Assembly (NCBI GenBank): GCA_964036045.1
Contig: OZ038378.1
Coordinates: 11,656,001 to 11,720,000 of the forward strand
Reading direction: 5' to 3'
Length of the DNA: 64,000 nt
DNA from: Eutreptiella sp. 'Long Island Sound 2002'
Taxonomy: Eukaryota; Protista; Euglenida
Of the stretch, positions 11,978 through 23,908 are shown in pieces. Position 1 is the stretch's first letter; every line of letters begins with the position of its first letter. The notes beneath the pieces were generated by a model. That model was not told the origin of the DNA, made no database searches, and worked only from the letters and a program-made list of their open reading frames with translations. The position numbers and the translations under genes were made by a program.

Positions 11978-13105
11978 GAGTCCCAGGGCGCGGACGCCAT
12001 GTACACGCTAGGGGACCTCCAGCTGCCGGAGCACGCGGAGCTGAGCCGCCTGTGCGCCCTGGGCTACCGGCTGCTGCAGCAGATGGTTTACGGGAGTCCC
12101 GCCTTCGCGCTGAAGCTTGCGGAGTACATCCCGTTCATCCAGTCGCAGCTGGGCTACTGCCGTCTCGCAGCCGACACGCTGTCGTCCATGTTCCACAACA
12201 ACCGCAAACTGCTCGATGAGATGCCGGACCGGCTGGTGACGTGTTTCGTGCGCCTGTGCACTGTGCGCGTGCGGCAGGCCGGGTACATCAAGTTCCTGTG
12301 CGAGCTGTGCGTCTGCGACGGGCAGGGAGTGCTCAAGAACCAGACCGTGATCTGCAAGCACCTGCTGGAGGAGAACGGCGCGCTCCTCCTGCCGCTTGCG
12401 GTCCACGGGAACACCGTAGTGGTCAACATCCCGACAGACGAGCAGCTGCGGCTCGCCAAGCGCCGGAGCCGGGGCGGCAGCGGAGAGTTTCCAGCCCCTC
12501 CGACGCCGGTGAAGGCCGGGGCGGAGCGGCGTGCTTCGGTTGTGGGCGGCAAACCTGCCACGGAGAACTGGGTTTCGCTGGCCGTTTTTTATGAGACAGC
12601 ATCGCCGCGGGTGAAAGACTTCTTCGCTCAGACGCTGGAGCTTTTTGCGAAGCTGGCGGTTGGGGGGAACATGCGCACGCGCGACGTAGTGTCGAAGTTC
12701 GTGCCCAAGGAAGTGCTGGTGGCGGTCCTGGGCCTCGATGCGGTGCAGGAGGGCGTCCCCGACAGCGTGAAGTCACTGTTCTGGTCGATCGCCTCCGCCG
12801 TGTACCTGCACCGGCCGCTGCACCCGTCGACGGTGCTCGGGGTGCGCACGGCCGTGCGCGACTGCTCCCAACTCGAGGCGGGGCGGGCGCCCCGAAAGGC
12901 CGAGGGGCCTTCGAGCCCCCGGAGCCCTGCGAGCTCGAGCAGGAGCTCCGGAACCGGATCGGACACGCCAGGCTCCGACGAGCAGGAGGATTTGGCGGCC
13001 GACCAGGAGTTCCTTCGTGCGATGAAGGCGGCGGCCACGGATTACCTGCGGCAGAACCGGCAGCAGTACCTGAACCAGCCGTACCGCAGCATTCTGACAA
13101 AGCAG
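11978..13105 (+). CDS. ITPR: IP3R-like channel exon 2 (RIH domain)
   Basis: LCALGYRLL...FIQSQLGY...DTLSSMFHNNRKLLD, YIKFLCELCVCDGQGVLKNQTVIC. Acceptor CTGTCAG| (in-frame alternatives end at 11950 and 11986); donor CAG|GTCCTC. Confidence 0.88.
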
Positions 13106-13751
13106 GTCCTCAGGGGTGCACTCGGATGTGAGGAGCTGAGGAGGAGCCCCCCTTCTCCTGCGTTGGTAGCTGGCCGGTGTGAAATAAGTTTCGTCTACCA
13201 AAGGTTCCACCTGCACCTTCGCTTAGCGCACCTTAATTAGATCTTTACCCCCCACTTCCCTGCCACCCTGAAAAGGGAGGCCCCATGGCACAAGGGGATG
13301 TAGTTACATGCAATCGGCAAAAATTTTTCAGGTCAGGTTCGGCAGGTCCCGCTGGCAGACAGACAGTGCGGACAGCGCCCCCGGAAGATGAATCTTGTTG
13401 AACAAAGCCGTCCAGAAGCCTCAGGAACCGGGTCGTGGTTTTCTGCGCATTCCCGTGCAAACCCCTCGACCCTCCCTCCGAAGACAGGCCGTCTGCACGG
13501 TGGGCTGTCCCCCCCGATCCAGGAGCCTGAGTGCCGTGCTGGCCCTCAGTAGGCACGAGTGTGGGCAGATGCATGAAGCCTCAACTGCATCGCGTTGACT
13601 TGCTCTTTTGAGCTTACGCTTGACTGAATTGGCATGAGGCTGCAGTTGACTGGATTGCTCGGAGCACATGACAGTAGCACATGGTCGTGCCTGGCACCCA
13701 TTCCCCCACTCCCATTCCCCCCCTCCTCATCCTTCTATTGCATGTCCGCAG

Positions 13752-14927
13752 GTGATTCAGGTCTGGGATCAGATCATCCACTACTCCGAATGCACCGATG
13801 AGGAGCTGCACGACGTCGTGTTGATCCTACTGGAGCTGATGGACGGAACCTCGGACGTCATGGTGCCTGTCAAGACCGGGACGTCCCTGGGCCTCCTCAG
13901 CCACTTCCATGCCGCCGCACCGGAGGCCAACCGCTACGAGTTCTCCGAGTCGAACCTGTACATCATGGAGTGCAAGCTGGCGGTCTGCAAGCTGCTGTTG
14001 GTGATGCTGGACCTCCTGGCAGCGGAGGAACTGGACAAGATCATCTACAACTTCTTCGGCGCCGACCTCGCGGACCACGAGGAGCTGACCGGCGCGATGC
14101 TGGCCTCCCTTCGGGAGTCCAACAACAACGCCTTCTTCGTCGCGCTGCGGGAGCGGCTGCTGCCCATCCTGCGGCAGACCCTGCTGTACCAGCACAACGG
14201 CCTGGTGGCCACCGCGCTGTCCCTGCTCTTCCGGCTCAGCATGCTGAGGTCGGAGACCACTGCGCTGCTGCAGGAGACGCAGCTGCTCCATTCGCCGGAG
14301 ATGGTGCGCTTCTACCGCCGTGCGTGCCGGCACGCCGTGCGGCTGCAGAGCTTCTTCAACAACAAGAGCAACCTGAGAGGGCAGTGGTGCGAGACGATGC
14401 TGAAGGAGCTGCAGTGGTTCATGAACGAGGTCGCCGCCGGGCACTCGCTCGTGAAGATGGTGAAGCACGCGTCGGACCGCATGGTGGCGTGCCGCAGCTT
14501 GCACTACATCGCCCGCCGCTTCGAGCGCAAGAGCCGCTCCCTCGGCGCGTCGGCGGGGAGCATGGGGGAAATCCAGGCCCTCCTCCGCACCCTCAAGCTC
14601 CACCAGATCGCCATCAACATCCTGGAGGCGCTGGAGGGGATGCGCGACCAGGGCGCGGCGGCCAAGATGGCCCCCCCCTTGTATGACTTCTTGGTCGCGT
14701 TCTGCGCCAGGAACCCCCGGAACCAGCTGGCGCTGCACCACACCAAGGGCATGGACGTCATCGTGCGCGCCCTGCCCGAGAACCAGGGCGCCGACCGGCT
14801 GCTGTTCACCATGTTCGACGGCAACTACGAGCTGTGCGCGCGCAACAACCTCTACATCATCGAGGACCTGATCCAGATTCTGGGCGATCCCTTGACCGCG
14901 ACGCAGTCGTGCTTCCGGTGCCTCCAG
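13752..14927 (+). CDS. ITPR: IP3R-like channel exon 3 (armadillo/second RIH region)
   Basis: LLELMDG, IQALLRTLKLHQIAINIL, FLVAFCARNPRNQLAL, TMFDGNYELC. CCGCAG| acceptor, CAG|GTGTTT donor, GC-rich codon usage. Confidence 0.88.
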
Positions 14928-15022
14928 GTGTTTGTGGTGCATAAGTAATAATGTTTGGGGATCTGGTGGGTGGTGGCGCCTGTCGACGTGTGCGCCGGTG
15001 TCTCGCTGTAGATGGTCGCCGT

Positions 15023-15024
<2 letters not shown>

Positions 15025-15072
<48 letters not shown>
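15025..15072 (+). repeat. (GT)n microsatellite
   Basis: About 24 perfect GT units. Confidence 0.97.
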
Positions 15073-15073
<1 letters not shown>

Positions 15074-15123
15074 AGTGTTATATCACCATTGCTCTTCCAG
15101 TCTCCTGCTTGTCTGAGCGCCAA

Positions 15124-15561
15124 AATTTTCACTCCTCTGACGGACCGCTGGTGGTCCAATGGTAGCGCACCCGGTTTCAGATGTCCAGGCGTCGGTCCGA
15201 ATCCCGGTGTGCCGGTGACGTTCAAACGTCGGTTCAATCCCCGGTGTGCTGCCTTTTACCGCCGCCGGCGGCGGCGGCGACAAAGTGGGCAGACTGGGGT
15301 TCGAACCGGCGACTGCACATCTGGAACCGGCAGACCGGGATTCGAACCGACGCCTGCACATCTGCGTTACCACTCGGCCACTACCTGGATTTCGGTATAT
15401 GGCCTCCCTGCTGCTTGGGGGCGCATCTGCCACTGACAAAAAACCCAAACTGTGTGTATCTGTCTGACTGCCTGCTTGCTGGCTCAGGGACTGATTGGCT
15501 GACTGTCAACCTCTCTTCGAGGTGCACTGCCGAAGGCAATAGAATTTTCACTCCTCTGACG
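15124..15561. mobile_element. tRNA-derived foldback insertion flanked by 19-bp direct repeats
   Basis: AATTTTCACTCCTCTGACG at 15124-15142 and 15543-15561. Inside are two inverted tRNA-like arms (15149-15257 and 15281-15385). Confidence 0.7.
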
Positions 15562-16106
15562 AGGCTGCAGGAGGCAAGTACCCGCAGTGCCTATTCGTGC
15601 TCCCGCTGCATTTGCGTCCGCACTGGCTATCTCTTGGTTCTTGATTCCCAACACAAGTGTGTGCGTGTGCCGGGTTTCCTTTTCCAGCTCTTCATTCACG
15701 CTTCACTCCCCCGCTTTCCACAGTTATACTTAACCCGTGGCATTTCCTGCATTGTCTGCATCGGGTTCAGGTCCCTTCTTGTTTCCGGCCTGATGCACTG
15801 TTCATGGAATGTCGCCTTCACATAACTGACGCTGCCGGGAAGTTACTCGTGGTTCGAATGCAGCTCCATATCCAGCAAGTGCATAGGACGACTCCGCGTC
15901 TTCTCCCCTCACCGCGCCACCAATACAGCAAGCGCTTCGGTGACAATCCTGTACTCGATCCTGCTATTCCCTCTAACACACCTGTCCCCGAATCCGCCTG
16001 TGGAACGCGAGAGGAAGGGTGGACGCAATCATAGACACCCTTGTTCTTACTCCACCCACTGCTTTGCTTTCCTTGGCAACGGTTTCCCTCTGCGCTTGTC
16101 CCGCAG

Positions 16107-16913
16107 TGCCTGGCCGTGCCCCACTGGATCCCGGTGTACCGCAACCAGCAGCAGATCCTGCAGAGCCTTGTGTCCCACAGCTGCCTCCGGCGCCTGCACC
16201 GTCTGCACTCCCTCGACGACCCCCAGCGGCAGTGGCTCCTGGGCGTGATCGACCTCATCTGCACGTGCTGCGTGGGGCACTACGCCGACGTGCAGGCCGT
16301 GGCCCAGGGGCTGGTCCCGCTGCCGCTGCTGATCAAGCTGCTCGGCGACTTCCAGCACCTTCAGCGGCTGACGGAGCGGGCCCCGCTGCTGCGGTGCCTG
16401 TCGGAGGTGTGGTGGGCGTTTGCCTGGGTGAACACGGGCGTCGGTGAGGGGGAGGTGAAGTGGCTCGCGGAGACGAAGCACTGGTGGCCGCTGTGGTGGG
16501 AGGTGATGAAGAAGGTCCAGCAGCAGATCGCGGAATTCATGGGGCTGCCCCCCCACGACCAGCTCCTCGACCACTGCCACTACTTCCTGCGGTCGGTCGC
16601 GCCGTGTCTCGCGGGGTTCTTCGCGCTGTGCTGCGACACCAACCTCAACGACCTCCTCGACGGCCGCTGCCTCGGCACGGCGCACGCGATCGCGGCCGGG
16701 TTGGTCGTGATCGCGAACCAGTGCACCGTCCCGACCTCGGAGGACGTGGGGTACATGGAGGTGTTCCTGGAGACGATGGCGCGGGTCCTGACGGGCTTTG
16801 GGGACGAGCTTGGGGACCTCACGATCTGCGCCATCAACGACGAGGAGGAGGGGCGGCCCAGCCCCGCGGACGAGCTTGGGGCGCGGGGCGTTGTGCGAGG
16901 CCATGTGCTGCAG
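16107..16913 (+). CDS. ITPR: IP3R-like channel exon 4
   Basis: Joins FRCLQ|CLAVPHWIPVYRNQQQIL; YHIxLI-like HRLHSL...LIDLICTCCVG motif. In-frame phase 0 junctions. Confidence 0.8.
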
Positions 16914-17210
16914 GTGCCTCACGTGTCTGGGAGGAGGGTTTTCGCGGTGTTTCCCTGTGTACCGAACTCGTTGCGCTCTGTTGGGCGGCTGACCGCCCGT
17001 TCCTTGTTCGGAAGCGTCACCCGCCACGGGTCGCCCATGAAGCGTCGTTCATCAGCCGCCAACGGGAAGTGGTCATACGTCAACCGTCGTAGGGGGCTTG
17101 CAAACTGCTGCGAACTCGCAGGTGTCCAGTGCTTTGCAGAGTGAGCCTTTGCGTTCTCCAACGCCCGCAACGACCACACTTTTTCCCCCTCCAAACCATG
17201 TCCCGTGCAG

Positions 17211-17540
17211 GTGCTGGAGGCCGTGCAGTGCAAGAGCAAGGAGGAGTACCCCCCTGAGACCATCGACAACCTTGAGGACTTTGCGCTGCGCCTGCTCGGG
17301 GCAAAGGAGGATGGGGCGCCGGATGGGCCTTGCCTGGCGAAGTTCATGGCGCAGCTGACGGACGGGGAGCTGAGCCCGCAGGTGAAGGTGGCGCTGCTGC
17401 AGTGTTTCACGGTGTTCATCGACCGCTGCAAGCCCACGGGCCGTGAGCACACCGGCGTCGGGCAGCAGGCGGCGCTGAAGGAGGCGCAGGTGCAGATGGC
17501 GGCCGCCGGGGCCCCGCGGATGGTCGCGATTCTCGTGCAG
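17211..17540 (+). CDS. ITPR: IP3R-like channel exon 5
   Basis: GTGCAG| acceptor, CAG|GTAGTC donor. AQVQMAAAGAPRMV resembles the IP3R 'Q..LD.EGAS.LV' segment. Confidence 0.75.
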
Positions 17541-18096
17541 GTAGTCCGAGATGCTGCAGGGAGGGGTCCGCGGGGGGTAATGACGGGGTGTGGGAGGGAG
17601 TGGGGGTCTCCTCCGTGAGGGAGTGAGGGAGCGGCAAATGTGATGGGGTGTCGAAGGGGCTTTGCCCTCGGGAATGCAGCGGGAGGGGGGTCTCGGATCG
17701 GGCTGGGCCGCGGCTCTTGATCACTGGACGCCCCACTGGCCACACCACTCTCCTGAGGCTCCACCGTCCCTGGCGTAGCACAAGTGCGCCCGAACGTGCG
17801 GTCAGCAGTCCTGTCAGGTTGACGGCCGCCCCAGACCACACAGTCCAGCACCACCCGCCATGGGCACTGGTCCCCAGCGGCAATCAGCCCCGTCCCAACT
17901 GCCACACCCACTCGCTGCACCGCCAGAACTCCGCTCGAAATTGACGCATTGCGTGGATCACCTTGCCAAGGGCTGACCGGGCCCTCAACACCCGAGCGCA
18001 TTGGATCGCCTGCCATTTTCTGCCTCACCGACTCGCATGGGCAGCCCTACTGCATGACCACCACCACAGACGCCTCCTCCGTGATGCTCCGTGCAG

Positions 18097-18495
18097 GACT
18101 CGGACCGGGACGTGTTTGACGCGGTCGTGGCCTTCGCGACCAGCCTCTTCTGGGGCGGGAACGCCGTTGTCCAGGACTCGCTGGTCGCTACGCTGGAGGG
18201 CGACACCAAGAAGGCGTTCATCCGCACCTTCTCGGCCACGCTGCGGCAGGCGCTCATGTCGTTCAAGGACTGGAAGTCCGAGATGGCCTTCGTCCTCGCG
18301 AACTTCCCGGAGATGACATCGGACCTGCTGTTGGTGGAGAAGGCACGCACGGGCCTGCGGGCGACGACGGCGGTGCTGCGGTTCCTGCAGCTGCTGTGCG
18401 AAGGCCACCACCTGCCGCTTCAGGATTACTTGCGGGAGCAGCCCGGGGGCACGGCGGCCAACATCCCGAATGAAATCATGCAGTTCTTGGATGAG
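18097..18495 (+). CDS. ITPR: IP3R-like channel exon 6 (RIH-associated domain)
   Basis: LFWGGNAVVQDS, VLRFLQLLCEGHHLPLQDYLREQ (conserved Ca2+-site Glu). Confidence 0.9.
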
Positions 18496-19422
18496 GTGGG
18501 TGTTGTGCGTTTGTCTATGTGAGAGTCCGGACTGGAATGCGGAGTGGCGGAAGAGCCATGCGGGTTGGCTGCAGCCCCTTGTGGCCATGATGGGCTTCGC
18601 TCGGATTCTCTTTTTGTTTGCCGAGTGGCTGCTGAACGGGCCTTTTGTTTCCCCGACAGCCAGGGATTCTGGAGTGACGGAGTGGGCGTGTTGGCGTCTT
18701 GGTTGCACAAATGGATGCGGCGTTTTGGCCCATCCGGTTATTGCTGCGGGAAAAGCACACACGCGGCCTTTCTCCGTGGCAAGTTCCACGCTTCGTGGGG
18801 ACGACATTTCTGCGGCGCTGTTTTCGTAAAAATCGGTGGGGTCGGCCCTGGAAACGTCCAGAACGCCCGTGCCAGGTGCACAACAGGATCCCCTAAGTCT
18901 GCGGCTGTAAACACCGAATTTGCAGCGGGCGGCCAAGACGCTCTTGTGCGAACAACACAACGTCCTCCAGCCAAAAAAGAGAAAAACAACGCCAAGGAAC
19001 CAATTTGACTGTTTTTTCGCCAGCAACTTCCTTCCTTTATGGGCCACCCCTTCCCCAAAGATGTTGGCTCACAGGGGTCCTTTAGGAACCCCCTCTTTCT
19101 TCTTCTCCCCCATCATGACCCTGATCCCCCCCCCCTCTGCCCGCCGCTGCGCCCTGTACGCCATCGGCATTGGGGACGTGGCTTGTTGCATCCTTGAAGA
19201 ACAAAGAAGTGATAGTTTGTTGATGAGTTGCGATTGAGTGGGCCTTTTCTTTGTACCAAAGACAGCACTGCAAATGCTGTCAGCGGGCTTTTCCGAATAC
19301 CATCGCCAATCTGGGGCTTGAGAGGGTTGCGGCACCAGTGTTGTGGGAGTGTTTATCTGTCACCGGTTCTTGTTCTGTCTGGAAGGGCCGTAAAACGGGA
19401 CATGATTTCTCCGCTGCCGCAG

Positions 19423-20112
19423 GTCGTGGTCGGCGAGATGGACGAAAGCATCATCACCGTGGCCGTCCAGACATTCAACACGTTGACGGAGCTGTGCCAG
19501 GGACCGTGCGTGGGCAACCAGCAGGCGCTGGTGGCCTGCAACGTGACATCCCACGTGAACAAGGTGCTGCAGTCCGAGCTCAAGGACCGGGACCCGATGC
19601 TCGTGTTCGAGCTGCGGTGCGCAGCGACCCTCACGCTGCTGAGCCTCCTCGAGGGCTGCAACGACGCGTCGCGGCCGCTGTCGATGGTCAGCGCGATCGA
19701 TTTCGCGTCGATGCAGCGGACGCTGGACTCGCTATGGGACTTGGTCAAGGACACCATCAGCTCCGGGGTGCAGCTTACGGAGGACCAGCAGGCGCTGATG
19801 GAGTTCGCCTTCAATCTCTTCATTCTGATGTCGCAGCTTCGCGCGTTCAGCGACGACACGGGGCTGGTGACGGCGCTGGAGAGCTGCCGCGGGTACGAGT
19901 ACTTCCGGTCGCTGCTGGGCGTCGTGGAGATCGCACGGGGCGGCTACTTGGAGAAGGTGTACTTCCACATCCCCAACGTCTGCATGTACCTGACGAAGGA
20001 CCTCAAGAATGAGATTCTGTACTCCATCGACCGCAGCTCCCCCATCGCAAAGGTCACCTCGTTCCACGCCAATGCAACTGAGGTCGTTGCGCAGATCAAG
20101 TACCACCAACAG
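19423..20112 (+). CDS. ITPR: IP3R-like channel exon 7
   Basis: FNTLTELCQGPCVGNQ (Ca2+-sensor motif), LLSLLEG, VVEIARGGYLEKVYFHIPNVC. GC donor CAG|GCATGC is the in-frame join to exon 8. Confidence 0.88.
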
Positions 20113-21141
20113 GCATGCCCCCCCTTTTTGCCGGGGCTGTGCGGCGGGATGGGGTCGGGGATGGGGCCAACCTTCCCCAATCAGCGCCGGTCGACGTGCA
20201 CCGCTTTATGACAGCCACTCGACGTACACCCTTGCAGCCCCTTTCGGTCTCCTCCAGCGTCGTGCAGCGTCCCACGATTGCCTTGAATTGCCCTCAACAG
20301 ACCCTACGGGGGTGGGGAAACTGTCGTGGGAAACTTTCGGCTTTCAGACGGGTGCCGAAACTTCCCCCACGCAATTAGTTGCGCGACCAGGGCAACCCCC
20401 TTTGCCGGATTGCTGCTTTGGCATGCATTGTTCCCCAAATCATTTGGGCGTGCCGAGGTTTTCCCCTGCCGGAAGTTCCACACCCCTGTACAGTTCTCCC
20501 CTATTTCTTTCCGGTCTTCCTGGAGCTCAGCGCCGTTTTGGGGCGCACACTTGGCAATGGTGCGAAGGCTAAGCCCGCCAAACCCGGTGGATCTGGAGGT
20601 TTGTGGGTGCGGGTAGGGGGGGGGGGGTTGGTGAGAGACGGTGTGACGATGTCTGGGATGGACAGAACGGGGGTGGCAGAGCAAATGTACCGCAACACAC
20701 AATGCTCCCAAAGGGTGGGCCCCGTGTTGCCCCAAGAGACCAACAAAATTACCAGAACTGGACCATCAGCAGAAGTCGTTGGCAACGACGGCCCGAGAGC
20801 ACACGGCGGGTCCACCCACGTGCTCTCACGGCCCTCGTCCCCCACGGTACACGTAAGGCATCCAGGCCATTGCTGAGGGTGGCGGACACCCTAACCCCCC
20901 GGTGTGTGTGTGTGGGTGGGTCAGAGGCCAAGAAAAAGTGTGAGTACCCCGGCCTGAAATACCGGCCCCTTTAATGAATTTCATTTTCCCCCGAGGAAAA
21001 CTTTTCTGATGTGGGTGGGTGGGTGGGTCGGTCGGCCGGGGCTGTCACTAAGCAATGGCCTGAAGGCATCAGCCCCGCAGTCGCCGCTGGGCAGTGTTCT
21101 TCAGGCACTTCACCCGCCTGTGGTCCGTTTCCCACGTGCAG

Positions 21142-21544
21142 GTCACAAAGTGGTTGCAGGAGTTCTCCCCGCTCCCGGAGTTCTGCAAGGAATGGGCCTG
21201 GGTTGCAGCGTTCCGCACGTACGCCATCCACCACCGGGAGCGGCTGCGGGAGCACCTGCAGAACACCATCCTGGGCATCGCGGTGGTGATCAACGTCCTG
21301 ATGACCGGATTCCACAACCACCAGAGGCCCAGGGGGCACTACAGCCACGATTGGGCGCAGCTGGGCATCAGTGTGCTCGGGTGGTGCATGCTGCTGCTGA
21401 CCGCCCTCAACTGCGCGGTGTGGCTGTGCATCCACTACTTCACGTTGCAGCAAAGCTGGAGCATGCGCAGGGGCAACAAGGGCAACCTGCGCTTCCCCCT
21501 GCTCTCGTTTCTGTACACGCTGGTGCTGGCGCTCATGGCCGCAG
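21142..21544 (+). CDS. ITPR: IP3R-like channel exon 8 (N-terminal TM helices)
   Basis: Hydrophobic segments TILGIAVVINVLMT and LGISVLGWCMLLLTALNCAVWL. Phase 1 donor GCAG|GTGCTT. Confidence 0.8.
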
Positions 21545-21604
21545 GTGCTTTACGTTTCAAACATCCTGCCGATGGGAACCCCATATTTTCGGCCCCTCAG
21601 ACGT

Positions 21605-22140
21605 CATACAGCCAACACAATCATGACAAGCGCAATCAAACCTGGACTTACAAGTACAATCGCGATCACCATCACAACGTGAACCACACCCAAAATTTAG
21701 ATTACAAAAGGAACCGCCATCACAACTGCAATTGCAGCCACGTCTGCAAGCCGACCAGAACGACAAATGTACGCTTAGAAAAAGAATCAAACAACATCCG
21801 ACTCACATATGCTTTGACATGGGGGCTGGGATTTACACTGGTGTGTGCAGGTCTGTGCACCGCCACGAGCATTGGTGTGTGCATCGGCACGTGCACTGGT
21901 GTGTGTGTTGGCGTGGGCGTTGCCGTGTGCCCTGGTTTGTGAACAGGTATGAGTCTTGGCCTGAGAATTGGGAGGAGCACTCCTGCACTGATATGTCTCT
22001 TGATGTGTGCATTGGGGTGTGCTTTGGCCCATGCGTTGGTATATTGGTAGTGCTCTGGTGCGTAGGTGAATGTTTGCATTGGGGGCCATGGCATGTGCAT
22101 TGAGCTGGTGTGTGCGTTGGTATGAACACTGGTGCAGTGC
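21605..22140. repeat. Degenerate ~6-nt periodic low-complexity repeat, CA-rich then TG-rich
   Basis: CACAAT/TACAAG-type units (~21605-21750) followed by GTGTGY-type units (~21840-22140), in intron 8. Confidence 0.55.
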
Positions 22141-22576
22141 ACTGCGGGGCACGGTCGCCTGAGCGGACGACTCCACAGCGACGGAGACGGGGGGAACGGG
22201 TTGGGGCATGGGGCCCCGGTCTCAGGGGATTGGATGGTCGCGCTTAGAACACAGGTGACGCTGTCACGCCGCGGACACGGAGGGTCTGGGGAGGGCTGAG
22301 GGCACCATCTCAGTGGGAGTACCGACGCAGGGGCCCCGGGTGTTCAGAGGGAGGGTGGTGCGGTTCTGTGGTGGTACCGGCCCCAGTCCCATTCCTTGCC
22401 GCTCACCGCGGCACTGCTGGGGCAGCAAGCGATTTCGTGGCCGGGAAGGGACCGCCGCAAAGGCGGTTGATGGGGATGGGGATGGGAGTTTTTCTGTGGA
22501 CAGAGATCCTACAGTGTACCATCAGTTGCGTGACGGTCTTGGGCACGTGGTTGAGCTCATGCATTGGTCTGTGCAG

Positions 22577-23052
22577 GCGGTGCGTTCCTCTCCCCGTTCT
22601 GGTTCGCCGGGCACCTGCTAATGATCGTGAACAAGAGCGTGCTGCTGCACATCGTCATCCGCTCGGTCCTGCTCAACGGCTGGAGCCTCCTGCTCACGGC
22701 CCTCCTGACCCTCATCGTCGTCTACCTCTTCATCATCATCGGGTACGTGTTCTTCGAAGAGGACTTTGTGGGCTCCGCGAACAGCCCCGGCGTGTGCGAC
22801 AGCCTCCTGGAGTGCTTCGCCTTCGGGCTCCTGGACGGTCTGCGGGCGGGCGGCGGCCTTGGGGACCTGCTGCCGCGGCGGGCGGGCGGGGGCAGCTTCC
22901 GGATCCTGTTCGACTTCGCGTTCTTCTTGATCATCGTCGTCATCATCCTCAACATCGTCTTCGGTATCATCATCGACACGTTTGCGCAGCTGCGGGACCA
23001 GAAGCACAGCATCGAGGAGGACACGAACAAGTACTGCATGATCTGCGGCCAG
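22577..23052 (+). CDS. ITPR: IP3R-like channel exon 9 (TM4-6, pore)
   Basis: CDSLLEC, GLRAGGGLGD pore, FDFAFFLIIVVIILNIVFGIIIDTFAQLRDQK, CMICG. GC donor CAG|GCGTGT. Confidence 0.95.
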
Positions 23053-23174
23053 GCGTGTCACTCTTGCCCCCTGTTCCTGTGCTGCGGCCCCGCAGATCGC
23101 CTTCCGAGTCTGGGGCTGTGCTGCCGCCCGGTTTGTGATGGGGGGACGTCTGAAGGGGGAGGACAGAAGAGGTA

Positions 23175-23290
23175 CCGCACAGAGCCACACAGAGCCAGAC
23201 AGCTACACATCGCCCCCTACAGCCGCACACAAAGCCACACAAAGCACACACAAGCACGTGGAGCCACGTGGAGCTTCACAGAGCCCCACA
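23175..23290 (+). repeat. GCCACACAGA-type ~10-bp minisatellite; related inverted copy at 40868-40985
   Basis: Repeated CACAGAGCCACAC units; the reverse complement is seen at 40.9 kb. Confidence 0.6.
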
Positions 23291-23409
23291 CTGGTGGCGG
23301 GTGGGTGGGTGCACGCGCACGTGGGTGCGGGCGGCGGATGGGTGTGGGTGTGGGAGGACTCCGTGGCTGGTTGGTTGGGTGGCGCGCGGTGGCGATAGTG
23401 GTCGGAGGT

Positions 23410-23781
23410 GATTGTTGTTGCGATTGATGCTGCTGCTGCTGCTGTTGTTGATTTTGTCATTTTCTTCGTGGTTGGCATTGTTGTTGTGTTTATCATCGCC
23501 GTAGTTGGTGTAGATATCTGCGTTTTTCGCAGTTGTTGTTGTTGTTGCTGTTGTTACCAGTAGTAAGCAAATACTCAGAGTTCTAGATGTCAATGGTTTC
23601 TATGCAATTTACAGAATCACCTCGAAGATTCATGGATTTTGCATTGCAAATCCATTTTGCACCCCTCCCCAACAAAACATAACAACGCCTCCGGCCTGCA
23701 ACAGCAACGGCAACAACAACAGCAGCAGCAGCAATACCAACACCAACACCACCACCAACAACGCCACCAACGCCACCAACG

Positions 23782-23845
<64 letters not shown>

Positions 23846-23859
23846 CCACAACCACAACC

Positions 23860-23908
<49 letters not shown>

